A DNA stretch of 64,000 bases from Minisyncoccota bacterium (GCA_028712445.1 JAQTPY010000001.1:50034-114033); one strand, 5' to 3'. Numbered from the stretch's first letter, positions 8,534 to 22,351 are shown. Notes: a model not told the origin generated them from the letters alone. A program made the numbers and translations.

Positions 8534-9477
8534 TTGTTCCTTGAAATTCTGATGAGGCCCGAGCATGGAATGATTTCAATTCCCTGCTTTTCAAGCTCAT
8601 CTAAGAAGAGATTCATTCCGAGAGAATCTGAAGAAATGTGGCCGGCAACAACAACATTAACGCTGGCTGACTCAGCTTCTTTTTTATGGTCTTCGGAAAT
8701 ATGCATTCCAACAACCGTGCCGATTCCTGCCTGAGCCAGTTTGCCGTAAATTAGAGGGGAGGGCTCGGTGCCGCCCGTAATCTCAGCTACCGATATTTTC
8801 CCGCAGCGGTTTTCAGGGGAGCCTACAAAAATTTTAGGTCCAGCTCCCAACTCCGAAGCTTTATGGTATTCAGGAACTTCCTTTAAAATCTTAATTATTT
8901 CTGCCAATGTCTCCGGTTTTTCTCTCTCAATCAGACTTTTCAAAAAACTGGCTGCCAAATTATCAGCCGGAGTATGACAATTTATCAAATTGAAACCGAG
9001 AAGCCGGGCTGCATCCACTGCTCTTTGATGATTTAATCTGTTTATTCCTCTTGCAACTTCTCCTACTTTTTCTTTCATCAATCCTTCGGCGATGTTTATC
9101 GGCACTCCGTAAAGATTGAGAACGTCGCATTGCAACTCCATTACCTCATGGAGACTGGAAAGCCCTTTTCCTAGAGGATGATGGGAAATAATCAAATCAA
9201 TATTTCCCAGTTCTTTTGCTAAAAGAACTTCTGCGGGGTCAATATCAATCCCGACCAAAACCCTCTTTATCTCTCTGTCATCAGAAATATTAAGTATCCT
9301 TGAATCTAGATACGGATTTTCCAAAGAATCCAAATCAAATTCTCCCTTCTCTTCCTCAGAAATTCTCTCATACTTAGCCCTCTTTTTCCGTAGGAATTTT
9401 TCTACTCCTTCTTTTCCTCTCAGATCAAATTCAATCCCCTTATTTATTGCCAGTTCGTATATTTGATTTGTCTTCAT
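8530..9477 (-). CDS. NIF3/YbgI-like protein
   Basis: NPYLDSR, GID, SHHP, HTPADN, TGGT, MH, GHISSD. Confidence 0.8.
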   Translation of the reverse strand: MKTNQIYELAINKGIEFDLRGKEGVEKFLRKKRAKYERISEEEKGEFDLDSLENPYLDSRILNISDDREIKRVLVGIDIDPAEVLLAKELGNIDLIISHHPLGKGLSSLHEVMELQCDVLNLYGVPINIAEGLMKEKVGEVARGINRLNHQRAVDAARLLGFNLINCHTPADNLAASFLKSLIEREKPETLAEIIKILKEVPEYHKASELGAGPKIFVGSPENRCGKISVAEITGGTEPSPLIYGKLAQAGIGTVVGMHISEDHKKEAESASVNVVVAGHISSDSLGMNLFLDELEKQGIEIIPCSGLIRISRNK

Positions 9478-9649
9478 TTTTATTTAAATTAACCTTTTTC
9501 TGTCTCATCGCTTTATCTTTTATTGCAATCTGAGAATAGATTTCTTGAATTTTTTTCGCTTGTTCTTTTAAATCCAAAATTTCGCGTCGAATCCGCGCCT
9601 TCTCTCTGCGAATGTGTTTCTTAGTGCTCTTTGAGAATATTTTTGTCAT
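9440..9649 (-). CDS. small basic hypothetical protein
   Basis: SKSTKKHIRREKARIRR; upstream TGGACA-17-TAAAAT promoter. Confidence 0.6.
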   Translation of the reverse strand: MTKIFSKSTKKHIRREKARIRREILDLKEQAKKIQEIYSQIAIKDKAMRQKKVNLNKNEDKSNIRTGNK

Positions 9650-9817
9650 AACATCAGTCCGTAATCAATAATCCCTGATTTTAAGCTTTTTACCTCTTCT
9701 TGTCCAATGGTCCGATTTTTTACTCCACATTTATTATCTTATCTTCTTTGAGGCAATACAAATAAGGGCATTGAAAATGTCTTTAAAAACTGGAGCTGCT
9801 TAATCTCCGGAGGCGGG

Positions 9818-10075
9818 CTAAAGTTCTTGCTTGAGATTGAAATTTTTCAAGAGAAGAGTCAGTTTATTTTGGCGAAACATTAAAATTCCTCCTTCTGCTT
9901 CAAAAGATATTTCACCTTTTAGAGTCTTTATTTTCACTCTTCCTGGCTTCAAAACGGAAATTAAAGGAATGTGATTTCGAAGAACCGAAATCCTCCCCAT
10001 CATTGTGGGCAGTCCGATGGATTTGACTTCGTCCTGGAATTCTATTTTCTGAGGAGTGATAATTTCTACTTTCAT
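9818..10075 (-). CDS. atpC: ATP synthase epsilon subunit (N-terminal domain only)
   Basis: IITP..LPT..G.ISVL.NH.PL; last gene of the atp operon. Confidence 0.88.
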   Translation of the reverse strand: MKVEIITPQKIEFQDEVKSIGLPTMMGRISVLRNHIPLISVLKPGRVKIKTLKGEISFEAEGGILMFRQNKLTLLLKNFNLKQEL

Positions 10076-10079
10076 TTTA

Positions 10080-12361
<2,282 letters not shown>

Positions 12362-12378
12362 AAATTATAGGCAAGCCC

Positions 12379-13887
12379 TTATTTGTCAGAAGAAATTAAA
12401 CGTCCTTTTACTTTTAAAGCAGCTTTTTCTATTTTTGCCTCGGTTTCGGAATCCAAAACTCCTTCTTTCAATTTAACAAAGACTTCCGGCATCGTTCTTT
12501 CAATCTCTTCGATCAGCTCTTCTTTAAAGCTTTGAATTTTCTTTAAATCAACTTCGTCTAAAAGCCCCTTGGTGCCAGAAAAAATAATAACTATCTCTTT
12601 TTCAATCGGAAGAGGACACAAGTCGCCTTGTTTTAATATCTCTCTCATTATTTTTCCTCTCTCAATCGTCTTTTTCGTTTGAGAATCCAACTCTTCGGTG
12701 AATTCAGAAAATCTTTCCAGTTCCTGAAACTGGGCTAAGTCCAACTTCAGGGTTGCAGCAACTTTTTTCATTGCCGGCAGCTGGGCCTGAGAACCGACCC
12801 TGGAAACAGACTTTCCGATATCAATAGCAGGCCTCTGTCCTTTGTAAAAAAGCGGCGAATCCAAGAATATCTGCCCGTCGCAAATGGAAATCACATTGGT
12901 CGGAATATATCCTGAAATGTCTCCTGCCTGAGTTTCAATGATTGGCAATGCTGTCAAAGACCCTCCTCCTTTTTCTTTTGAAAGCTTGCCTGCTCTTTCC
13001 AATAACCTTGAGTGCAAATAAAAAATATCTCCTGGATATGCCTCTCTCCCCGGCGGCCTCCTTAAAACCAAGGATATTTCCCTCCAAGCCCATGACTGCT
13101 TGGTCAAATCATCAAAAATAACCAAAGCGTTTTCTCCTTTATCCCGGAAATATTCTCCTATAGTCACGCCTGCAAAAGGAGCCAAGTATAAAAAGCTAGC
13201 CGGATCGTCGGCTGAAGCGCAAACCACGATCGTATAATCTAAGGCTCCTTTTTTCTCCAAAGTATTTATTAATCTTTTTATTTTTGATTTTTTTTGGCCG
13301 CAAGCAACATAAACGCAAACCGGTCTCTTTTTTTCCGTTTTTTGATTTAAAATCGTGTCTATGATCAGCGCTGTTTTCCCGATACCTCTGTCTCCTAAAA
13401 TCAGTTCTCTCTGTCCTCTTCCGATAGGAGTTAAAGCGTCTATCGCTAAAATCCCGGTGTGCAAAGGTTCTCTAACCGGTTCTCTTTCAAAAACCGAGGG
13501 ACTCGTTCTTTCAATAGGCAAAAACTCTCCTGTTTTAATCTCTCCTTTTTCATCCAGAGGCCTCCCCAAAGGATCAATTACTCTGCCTAAAAGCTTTTCT
13601 CCGACAGGAACCGTCAACGTCTTTTTGGTCCTTTTAACCATATCTCCCTCTTTTAACCCCTCGCCGCGATCCAGCAAGGCAATACCCGTTTCGCTTTCTT
13701 CAAGATTTAAAACCAAACCGAAACTATTCCTGCTCTCAAATTCCACAATTTCAAAATTTTCCACTCCCTCCAGTCCTGATGCTTTGACTATGCCGTCTTT
13801 TATTTCAAGAATCTCACCGATTTCTTCTATCTTGGGTTTGAGCTTTAATTCCTCTAATTTCTTTTTAAAATCTTCTACTCTTTCCAT
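12379..13887 (-). CDS. atpA: ATP synthase alpha subunit
   Basis: GRGQRELILGDRGIGKT, RRPPGREAYPGD, SVSRVG. Confidence 0.98.
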   Translation of the reverse strand: MERVEDFKKKLEELKLKPKIEEIGEILEIKDGIVKASGLEGVENFEIVEFESRNSFGLVLNLEESETGIALLDRGEGLKEGDMVKRTKKTLTVPVGEKLLGRVIDPLGRPLDEKGEIKTGEFLPIERTSPSVFEREPVREPLHTGILAIDALTPIGRGQRELILGDRGIGKTALIIDTILNQKTEKKRPVCVYVACGQKKSKIKRLINTLEKKGALDYTIVVCASADDPASFLYLAPFAGVTIGEYFRDKGENALVIFDDLTKQSWAWREISLVLRRPPGREAYPGDIFYLHSRLLERAGKLSKEKGGGSLTALPIIETQAGDISGYIPTNVISICDGQIFLDSPLFYKGQRPAIDIGKSVSRVGSQAQLPAMKKVAATLKLDLAQFQELERFSEFTEELDSQTKKTIERGKIMREILKQGDLCPLPIEKEIVIIFSGTKGLLDEVDLKKIQSFKEELIEEIERTMPEVFVKLKEGVLDSETEAKIEKAALKVKGRLISSDK

Positions 13888-13932
13888 GTTTAATAATTTT
13901 TTAATTTAATAATTTTCATAATCAAGTTTTGC

Positions 13933-14319
13933 TTAAAGGCAGGTTTTAAATTCGTTTAAAAAATCTTTAACTGAAGCTTTTATTAAAACATTTTCTGTTT
14001 TTACCCTGAAGCCACCAATAAGATTCTGATCAATAATTATATCTACTTCTTTGCCTTTGAATTTTTCTGAAAGGAAACTTTTTATTTTTTTAATTAAATC
14101 CGACTTCTGATCTTTGGCCAAAAAAAGTTTAATTCTCTGCCTTCTAGAAATCATTTCTTCAAATTTCTCTATCACTTTTGGTAAAAGATATTCTTTTTTG
14201 CGCTCCTTTAAAATACGTCTGAGATTTTCAGCCAATTTATTTTTCTCTTCTTCTTTTTTTCCTTCCTGCGCCAAAAAAAGAGCTTCTGCCAAATTTGAGA
14301 TGTACTTTTTTGTGTTCAT
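13933..14319 (-). CDS. atpH: ATP synthase delta subunit
   Basis: Position in operon; D..LIGGF..ASV C-terminus. Confidence 0.82.
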   Translation of the reverse strand: MNTKKYISNLAEALFLAQEGKKEEEKNKLAENLRRILKERKKEYLLPKVIEKFEEMISRRQRIKLFLAKDQKSDLIKKIKSFLSEKFKGKEVDIIIDQNLIGGFRVKTENVLIKASVKDFLNEFKTCL

Positions 14320-14326
14320 TGGTGGT

Positions 14327-14812
14327 TTATTTTAGATCAGCAAGAATACCCTCTATCAGCTTCTGATCCTTTTTGAGATCTATTTTTTCCCCCAGAATTT
14401 TTTCAGACAAAAAGACTGCTAACTCTTTGGCTTCGTTTTTTTGCGTTTCCTTCTGTCTTTTTTTCTCCTCTTCCAACAATTTTTGGGCGGCCGTGATCAT
14501 TTTTTTCTTCTCTTCTTCGGCCGCCGCAACAATGGTGCCAGCTTTCACGTTGGCTCTTTCTTCGACTTCCTTAAAAGCTCTCCTTGCTTCTTCCTCCCCG
14601 CTTTTCTTTATTTTTTCAGAAAGGCTTCGGGTTTCTTGGAGAGTTTTTTCGGCTTCAACAGACTTTTTGACCCCCTCCTCTATCTTCTGCCTTCTTTTTT
14701 CCAAAACATTAAAGAAAGGTTTGTAAGCAAACCGTTTTAAGACATATAAGAGGATGGCAAAATTAATCAGCTGACCAACTAAAATTTTCCAATTAATACC
14801 TAATCCTTCCAT
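14327..14812 (-). CDS. atpF: ATP synthase Fo subunit b
   Basis: QLINFAIL..LKRFAYKP..LEKRR followed by coiled coil. Confidence 0.93.
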   Translation of the reverse strand: MEGLGINWKILVGQLINFAILLYVLKRFAYKPFFNVLEKRRQKIEEGVKKSVEAEKTLQETRSLSEKIKKSGEEEARRAFKEVEERANVKAGTIVAAAEEEKKKMITAAQKLLEEEKKRQKETQKNEAKELAVFLSEKILGEKIDLKKDQKLIEGILADLK

Positions 14813-14834
14813 AAAAGATTTTTACTTAAATTGA

Positions 14835-15340
<506 letters not shown>

Positions 15341-15351
<11 letters not shown>

Positions 15352-16048
15352 TTTGTGTAGCTGTATGATAAAAGATTACTGTTAAAGAAAAGAAGATGAA
15401 AGCCTGTATAAACGACACTAAAACTTCCAAAAAAAGGAAGGGGAGAGGCATGACGTAAGCAAAAAGATAAGAGATGACCATTAAAAGAACCTCCCCGGCA
15501 AAAAGATTGCCAAAAAGTCTGAAAGTCAAGGAAATAATCCTGCTGAACTCCCCCAGTCCTTCCAGAATTCCAACAAAAAATAAAATAGGACTCCTGAAAT
15601 TGAAAAACTTTTTTGAATAAGAAAAAAATCCAAGCTTGCATAAAGCCGCAATATTAACATAGGCCATGGCAAAAGCAGCCAGAGCAAAGGTGAAATTCAG
15701 ATCTGAGCTGGGAGACCTTATAAAATGAATTACTCCTACGCCGGGAACCAGCTCAATTAAATTAGAGGATAGTATTAAAAAGAAAAGAGTTGCTGCTAAA
15801 GGAAAAATTTCTTTACTCTTTGTTCTCGATCCCGTGATTGAATCTGTGAATTGGAAAAGGGTTTCCAGAGCCCATTCCACAAAATTCTGGACCTTGTGAG
15901 GAATAATCCTTAAATTTCTAAGAGACAACGAAAAAAGGGCTGCTATGCCCAGACTTAAAATTAAAACCAAAATATAAGTATTTGTAATTGATATTCCCGC
16001 AACTTCTACCACTTCTTCAGTTGGGATGCTAATTTCAGGTAAATACAT
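15341..16048 (-). CDS. atpB: ATP synthase Fo subunit a
   Basis: ITNT, QN..E, ISLTFRLFGNLFAGE, IQAFIF. Confidence 0.95.
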
Positions 16049-16150
16049 AATCAATTTGGTGTTTTTTTCAAAACTTAGCAAAAGCTGGGGAAAGTATTAA
16101 GTTTTGAAAATACCCAAACAAAAGAAAGATACCTCAATTTCGAAAAATTG

Positions 16151-17347
16151 TCAACTGTTTAAAAGTTTTGACAATTCTTCTTTGGCGATTTTTCTGTCAT
16201 CCCAGGGGATCTTTTTTCCTCCTTTAACGCACATCCAGGGCTCGCATCCCTTGCCCGTGGTTAAAACAGCATCACCAATCATGGCTGATGTTATTGCCTC
16301 CCTTATTGCTTCCCTTCTGTCTAAAATAATTCTTACTTTTTTCTTATCTTTTATCCCTGAAATGATTTCCTGGGTGATTTTTTCAGGATCTTCGTCGTAT
16401 GGATCTTCATTGGTTAAAATTATCTCCTGACAATGATTTTCCGCAATTTCTCCCATTTTAGGCCTTTTCCATTTATCTCTTCCCCCTCCCGCCGACCCTA
16501 ACACGCAAATTTTCCTCGAAAACTCAAAGGATTTATAAACTTTTTCCAAAGCGTCGGGAACATGGGCATAATCCACTATTATTCTGAATGGACGTTCAGC
16601 CACTACTTCCATTCTACCGGGCAGCCCTTCAATTTTTTCAACCGCCTTTTTGCAAACCCCTAAGTTTATTCCCTGAGAAACACCTGCGCTGATTGCCGCC
16701 AAGGCATTGTACGTATTAAAACTTCCCAACAGCTTGATTTTTAGTTCCAAAGCCCGATTATTTATATCTCCCTGCTCTAATCCGTAAGTATATTTTTTTC
16801 TTGCAGAAAATTGCATAAAATAATCTGAATATTTGTCATCTCTGTTTATTATATGTACTCCTTTGACCGCCTGAAAAAGTCTTCCTTTTGCTTTCTTATA
16901 ATTCTCAAATCCTCCATGGCGCTCTATGTGTTCTGGAGATAGATTGGTAAAAACCGCTGTATTGAAATTTATGAATCTGTGGCGGTGCTGAATGATTCCT
17001 TCCGAGGTCACTTCCAAAATTGCAAATTTGCATCCTGAAACTACAGCTTCTTTTAAAAACTTCTGTATTTTCAATCGGCCAGGCATTGTCATTTTCAAAT
17101 TGTTTGGCTTCTCTGCATTGTTTATCTTGAATCTGATTGAAGACAAGGAAGCTACCTTAAAACCAGCTTCTAAAAAAATCTGGTGACAGAATTCCACAAC
17201 AGTAGATTTTCCTTTTGTGCCGGTTACTCCGATAACGATAAGTTTTCTTGAAGGAAAACCGTAAACTAAAGCTCCCGAAAAAACCAAAAGATAATGATAC
17301 CAACTTAACAAAAAGGGAGGGATGAAGCGTTTGATTAATTCTTTCAT
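16151..17347 (-). CDS. murE: UDP-N-acetylmuramoyl-tripeptide synthetase
   Basis: GVTGTKGKST, EVTS, TNLSPEH, GRME, DYAH.PD, GGRD..KRP.MG, EDP, GKG.E. Confidence 0.88.
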   Translation of the reverse strand: MKELIKRFIPPFLLSWYHYLLVFSGALVYGFPSRKLIVIGVTGTKGKSTVVEFCHQIFLEAGFKVASLSSIRFKINNAEKPNNLKMTMPGRLKIQKFLKEAVVSGCKFAILEVTSEGIIQHRHRFINFNTAVFTNLSPEHIERHGGFENYKKAKGRLFQAVKGVHIINRDDKYSDYFMQFSARKKYTYGLEQGDINNRALELKIKLLGSFNTYNALAAISAGVSQGINLGVCKKAVEKIEGLPGRMEVVAERPFRIIVDYAHVPDALEKVYKSFEFSRKICVLGSAGGGRDKWKRPKMGEIAENHCQEIILTNEDPYDEDPEKITQEIISGIKDKKKVRIILDRREAIREAITSAMIGDAVLTTGKGCEPWMCVKGGKKIPWDDRKIAKEELSKLLNS

Positions 17348-17478
17348 GCGTTTGGTTCTTAATTAAAGTTTAAAGGAATAATCTCAAAATGTAAATTTTT
17401 GCAATAGATAAAATTTATTTGAAAATTACCTTGAGATAAAGTCAATTTTAAGTTAAAATATTAAGTTGTTAAAGCAAA

Positions 17479-19416
17479 ATGTTTAGCTTAAAATCTTTTT
17501 ACAAGCCGACTGGAGATCAGCCGCAGGCAATTGAAAAACTGACTCAAAACATAATGGCTGGGGCAAAACACCAAGTGCTTTTGGGCGTCACGGGATCAGG
17601 AAAGACATTCACCACGGCCAAGGTCATAGAAAAATTAGAAAAACCGGCTCTAATCATATCTCACAATAAAACTCTGGCTGCCCAACTTTACCAGGAATTT
17701 AAAGATTATTTTCCCAACAATGCAGTTCATTATTTTGTCAGCTACTTTGATTACTACCAGCCTGAAGCGTATATACCTCAAACAGATACATATATTGAAA
17801 AAGATTCCAAGGTTAACGAAGAAATTGACCGTTTAAGACATGCGGCCACCCAGGATGTTTTAACCAGAAAAGATACGATAGTAATAGCTTCTGTTTCCTG
17901 TATCTATAATATAGGCTCGCCTGAAGATTATCAAAAAGTTTCTTTGGAAATAAAAGTGGGTCAAAAAATAAAAAGGAATCATTTCATCTCCCGCCTGACA
18001 GATCTCCAATATCAAAGAAACGATGTTGATTTTAAACCCGCCACCTTCAGGGTGAGAGGAAACGCAATTGACGTATATCTGGTCACGGGTAAGGAAATTA
18101 TAAGAATCGAATTTTTTGGAGACGAAATTGAAAAAGTCTCTTCAGCCTTTCCCGAAATAGAACCTAAATTCAAACTCCTGGATTCCAAATTTCATCTCTT
18201 TCCCGGCCATTTCTGGGTCACGCCTCAGGAAAAACTAAACATTGCCATAGAAAACATAGAAATTGAATTGCAGGAACAATTAAAAAAATTTCAAAAAGAG
18301 AATAAATTGCTCGAGGCCCAGAGACTAGAACAAAGAACAAATTATGACCTTGAAATGATGAAGGAGACGGGGTTTTGTCATGGAATAGAAAACTACTCAA
18401 GATATCTTGAGTTCAGAGAACCAGGAAAAGCCCCTTACACCTTAATAGACTATTTCCCAAAAGACTTTTTAGTTTTCATCGACGAGTCTCACATGACCCT
18501 CCCCCAAATAAGGGCCATGTCTGTCCAGGACAAAGCAAGAAAAAAAACTTTGGTTGAACACGGGTTCCGCCTGCCTTCCGCCATAGATAATCGGCCCTTA
18601 ACCTATGCTGAATTTGAAGAAAAAACTGAACGGAAAATCTATGTTTCCGCCACGCCCGCCAAAGAAGAAAGAATGAAATCAGAAAACTTTATCGTTGAGC
18701 AATTGATCAGACCAACTGGCCTTTTAGAGCCCCGGATTGAAATAAAACCAAGCACGGACCAGATGGAAGATTTGATAGGAAAAATCAAAAAAAGGATCGA
18801 AAAAAATCAAAAAACTTTAATTTTAACTCTGACTAAAAGGATGGCTGAAGCTTTGTCTGAATATCTTATTGAAAAAGGAATCAAAACTCAATGGCTGCAC
18901 GCTGAAATTAAGGCCCTGGAAAGACCGCAGATATTAAAAGATCTGAGAGAGGGAAAGTACGACGTTTTGGTGGGAATCAATCTTTTGAGAGAAGGGCTAG
19001 ATCTTCCTGAGGTTTCTTTGGTGGCAATCCTGGATGCCGACAAGGAAGGATTTTTAAGGAACGAAACCACTTTAATTCAAACCATGGGAAGAGCTGCGCG
19101 CCATCAAGAAGGATGCGTCATTCTCTATGCGGACAAAATGACAAAATCAATGGAGGCGGCAATTAGTGAAATTAAAAGGAGGAGAAAAATTCAGGAAGAT
19201 TATAATAAAAAACACAACATGACTCCTCAGCCGATTCGCAAAGAAATTAAAGCCTGGCCATTCTCAAAAAAAGAGGAGGTCTTCTCTGAATTCGAATCAA
19301 TCCGTGACATTAGACTCCTTGAAAAGGAAATGAAGGAAGCGGCGGAAGGATTGGATTTTGAAAGAGCAGCCGAGATAAGGGACTTGATAAAAAAGCTGAA
19401 ATCTGGTAGTTTATAG
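17479..19416 (+). CDS. uvrB: excinuclease ABC subunit B
   Basis: GVTGSGKT, YYQPEAY, DESH, NLLREGLD, QTMGRAAR, C-terminal UVR domain. Confidence 0.98.
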   Translation: MFSLKSFYKPTGDQPQAIEKLTQNIMAGAKHQVLLGVTGSGKTFTTAKVIEKLEKPALIISHNKTLAAQLYQEFKDYFPNNAVHYFVSYFDYYQPEAYIPQTDTYIEKDSKVNEEIDRLRHAATQDVLTRKDTIVIASVSCIYNIGSPEDYQKVSLEIKVGQKIKRNHFISRLTDLQYQRNDVDFKPATFRVRGNAIDVYLVTGKEIIRIEFFGDEIEKVSSAFPEIEPKFKLLDSKFHLFPGHFWVTPQEKLNIAIENIEIELQEQLKKFQKENKLLEAQRLEQRTNYDLEMMKETGFCHGIENYSRYLEFREPGKAPYTLIDYFPKDFLVFIDESHMTLPQIRAMSVQDKARKKTLVEHGFRLPSAIDNRPLTYAEFEEKTERKIYVSATPAKEERMKSENFIVEQLIRPTGLLEPRIEIKPSTDQMEDLIGKIKKRIEKNQKTLILTLTKRMAEALSEYLIEKGIKTQWLHAEIKALERPQILKDLREGKYDVLVGINLLREGLDLPEVSLVAILDADKEGFLRNETTLIQTMGRAARHQEGCVILYADKMTKSMEAAISEIKRRRKIQEDYNKKHNMTPQPIRKEIKAWPFSKKEEVFSEFESIRDIRLLEKEMKEAAEGLDFERAAEIRDLIKKLKSGSL

Positions 19417-19436
19417 AAGCGCATCGTTATAAAATT

Positions 19437-19700
19437 ATGGCAATAATAAAATCTGCAAAAAAAGCCCTTCGTCAAAGCATTAAGAGAAGAGCTAAAAATA
19501 TAAAAAAGAGGAGAGTTCTGAAAGACCTTTTAAGAGAGGTTAAAGATTTGTTGGCTGAAAAGAAAAATGAAGAGATAAAAAAGCTTCTGCCTAAAATCTA
19601 CAAAACTTTGGATAAGGCCGCCAAAAGCGGAATCATCAAAAAAGGAAATGCTGATCGAAAGAAGTCTAAAATAACCCTGGCTGTTTCCCGCAAATCGTAG
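19437..19700 (+). CDS. rpsT: 30S ribosomal protein S20
   Basis: KSAKKALRQ..LDKAAK.GII..NADRKKS. Confidence 0.95.
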   Translation: MAIIKSAKKALRQSIKRRAKNIKKRRVLKDLLREVKDLLAEKKNEEIKKLLPKIYKTLDKAAKSGIIKKGNADRKKSKITLAVSRKS

Positions 19701-19710
19701 GGTTTGCGTT

Positions 19711-20646
19711 TTAGATATCGCAAAGCAGGGAATCGATAGCAACTTCTGGCTTCAACTTGCCTGTTTTAATAGAAAAATCTGCCTGAAAAATCTTCTGGTA
19801 GATTTTTTTTAATTCAGGAAAGGAAAACTTCTGGGCCAGTTCCCAGCTTTTTCTTAAAACAAAAGGTTTTAATCCTGTTGCCTTAACGGCGTGATAATAA
19901 GGATAATTTTTATCAATCAAGTCCCTGACTAAAAGAAGATTTCTGAATTGATAATTTATCATATAAATAAGGTAAACGGGACTATCTCCTTTTTCCAGAT
20001 GATTGTGCATTAAAGATATGGCTTTTTTTCTATTTTTCTGAGCTATGGCGTCTATGGCTTCAAAAATATCCAGATCAATCTTGGGACTGACCAACAGATC
20101 TATATCTTTTGACCCGATTACATCCTTTCCTTTAAAACTGGCTAGTTTTTTGATTTCATTCTCCATCTGCCAGAGATCTGATCCTACATATTCGATCAAT
20201 TTTTTCTGAACCTCTTTGCCGGCCCTTCCTCCGAATTTAGCAAATTCATCATCAACCCAGGTTTCCAACTTTTCTCCTTCCAAGGGTTGAAATTCTTGAG
20301 TCTTGGCTTCTTTTTTAAGATATTTCAAAAACCGGTCTCTGGCGTCAACCTTACTCCCTTGGAAAAATACAATTATATTTTCTCCGAAAGAAAATTTCTT
20401 TGTATTTTCAAGAAAGTCATCTTTGAATTTTTGATTTAAAAAAGCATCTGCCAAAACTATCAACTTCTTTTCGGCAAAAATGGAGCTTTGCTGCAATTCG
20501 TTCTTAAGGTCCAAGAAAGATAAATTTTTTGCATCAAAATATCTTAAAGACAAACCCTTTTTGTTGGCTTTTTTGTATTCTTCGATTATTTCGTTTAATT
20601 TCTGGCGAGAACTGAAAGTATCTTCACCGTAAAGAAAGATGATCAT
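19711..20646 (-). CDS. holA: DNA polymerase III delta subunit
   Basis: IFLYGED, S.F..KKL, NEIKKL, DIF..ID, D..IKTG. Confidence 0.9.
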   Translation of the reverse strand: MIIFLYGEDTFSSRQKLNEIIEEYKKANKKGLSLRYFDAKNLSFLDLKNELQQSSIFAEKKLIVLADAFLNQKFKDDFLENTKKFSFGENIIVFFQGSKVDARDRFLKYLKKEAKTQEFQPLEGEKLETWVDDEFAKFGGRAGKEVQKKLIEYVGSDLWQMENEIKKLASFKGKDVIGSKDIDLLVSPKIDLDIFEAIDAIAQKNRKKAISLMHNHLEKGDSPVYLIYMINYQFRNLLLVRDLIDKNYPYYHAVKATGLKPFVLRKSWELAQKFSFPELKKIYQKIFQADFSIKTGKLKPEVAIDSLLCDI

Positions 20647-20657
20647 ACGCAAACTTT

Positions 20658-21530
20658 TTATTTCTGACAAGAAGGACAGTAATGGGCTGATCTGCCATCA
20701 ATCTTAATTCTTTTTACAACTCCTCCGCAGCGGCCGGGACACGGCTCCCCTGTTTTTCGATATACCTTTCTTGCTTTATCATAATACCCTTTTTCGCCGT
20801 CAATCCGCCTGTAATCAGAAAATGATTCTCCGCCCAGCCTTATAGCTAGAGACAATATTTTCTTTGTTGCCTTGTAGATTCTTTTTAACTCAAATTCGGA
20901 AAGTTGGGAAACGTCTCTTAGGGGAGAAATTTTTGCGGCAAAAAGTATCTCGTCTGAATAAATATTGCCGATTCCCACCAATAACCGCTGATCCATTAAA
21001 ATTTTCTTGATCTTTCCTTTTTTTCCTTTAAAACGCTCTTTAAAATCATTGAAGGCAAAAGATGGGCTCAGAGGCTCCGGCCCCAGTAAATTAAATTCCT
21101 TTGAATTTTCCAATTCTCCTTTATCCCAAAGTTCAGCTTTGGCAAATTTCCTAAGATCAGACAAGGCCAACATCTTCCCGTTGTCCAAAAAGAAAATAAG
21201 ATGGATATAAGTGTTGATTTTATCAGAAAGAGGCCCCTTAGGAGGAATCCAATGATTATTTGTTTTTTGCCATTTGCCCAAAAGGAAATGGCCGGTCAAT
21301 TTTTGATGGACTAGCAAAACTTTCCCGTCAGAAAGATTAAAAATAATATTTTTCCCTCTCCGTCGAATGTTCTCTATTCCCCTTCCCTTAAGCCCTTTTT
21401 TAAACAGTTCGAAATTTTCGGGCTTTTTGATTATTTTCGGAGAATCAGTCCAAACATCAACAAAGATCCGTTTGCGGATCTTTGCATTTAAATCTCTGAC
21501 GATTGTCTCTACTTCAGGAAGCTCGGGCAT
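20658..21530 (-). CDS. mutM: formamidopyrimidine-DNA glycosylase
   Basis: MPELPEVET, RRGK, D.RKF, GIGNIY.DE, C-terminal Zn finger. Confidence 0.96.
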   Translation of the reverse strand: MPELPEVETIVRDLNAKIRKRIFVDVWTDSPKIIKKPENFELFKKGLKGRGIENIRRRGKNIIFNLSDGKVLLVHQKLTGHFLLGKWQKTNNHWIPPKGPLSDKINTYIHLIFFLDNGKMLALSDLRKFAKAELWDKGELENSKEFNLLGPEPLSPSFAFNDFKERFKGKKGKIKKILMDQRLLVGIGNIYSDEILFAAKISPLRDVSQLSEFELKRIYKATKKILSLAIRLGGESFSDYRRIDGEKGYYDKARKVYRKTGEPCPGRCGGVVKRIKIDGRSAHYCPSCQK

Positions 21531-21532
21531 TA

Positions 21533-21901
21533 TCACTTAATGATATTTTTTATCTTTTCAATTATTTCACCCGGAGTAAAATGAGCTTTAATCAGATAGT
21601 CTGCTGCCCCCAGCTTCAAACCTCTTTCTACGTCTTCTTTTTGGCCAAGATTAGACAAAATTATAACTGGAATGGGAGGATTTTCTTTATCGGCCCTCAT
21701 TCTGGTTAAAACTTCGAATCCATCTATGCCTGGCAAAATGAGATCCAATAAAATTATGTCCGGCTTCTCTTCTTTTGCTTTTTTGACCCCCTCTTCACCA
21801 TCGATTGCTTCGACTATTTCATAACCCTCTTTCAAAAGCTTCTGAGAAATCAGTTCTCTCAAAAATTTGTCGTCTTCAATTATAAGGATTTTGATTTTCA
21901 T
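21533..21901 (-). CDS. single-domain response regulator
   Basis: IEDD, LLDLILP, SN, YLIK. Confidence 0.92.
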   Translation of the reverse strand: MKIKILIIEDDKFLRELISQKLLKEGYEIVEAIDGEEGVKKAKEEKPDIILLDLILPGIDGFEVLTRMRADKENPPIPVIILSNLGQKEDVERGLKLGAADYLIKAHFTPGEIIEKIKNIIK

Positions 21902-21961
21902 ATGCGTCCTTGGTTTCGAAGAATTTTCATGACCATAAATTATTTAAGAATTTATCATGCT

Positions 21962-22351
21962 TTATAAAGGAAGCTGTTTTCTTACCTTGGCGATCACTTC
22001 CTGAGGATTAAAATCTGTTTTTACCAGCCAGTCTTTGGCCCCTAGCTTCTGAGCCCGGTCTATTTCCACCGGCTGTCCCGAATTGGAAATAATTATAATA
22101 GGAATCTTATTCAAAGATTCGTCTCTGCTCATTTCCTCCATTACTTCATATCCTCCCTTTTTAGGCATGATGATGTCTAGGAGAACCAGGTCGGGAATAA
22201 ATTCTTTCATCATATCTAACCCTTCCTCGCCATTCCGAGCCACTGAAATATCGTACCCCTCCTGGGCAAGTTTCCTCTGCAGAAGATCCAGCATTATTTC
22301 TTCGTCCTCAATCAATAAAATTTTATTGTTTGAATTGTTTTTCTTTTTCAT
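21962..22351 (-). CDS. single-domain response regulator
   Basis: IEDE, LLDIIMP, SN, WLVK. Confidence 0.92.
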   Translation of the reverse strand: MKKKNNSNNKILLIEDEEIMLDLLQRKLAQEGYDISVARNGEEGLDMMKEFIPDLVLLDIIMPKKGGYEVMEEMSRDESLNKIPIIIISNSGQPVEIDRAQKLGAKDWLVKTDFNPQEVIAKVRKQLPL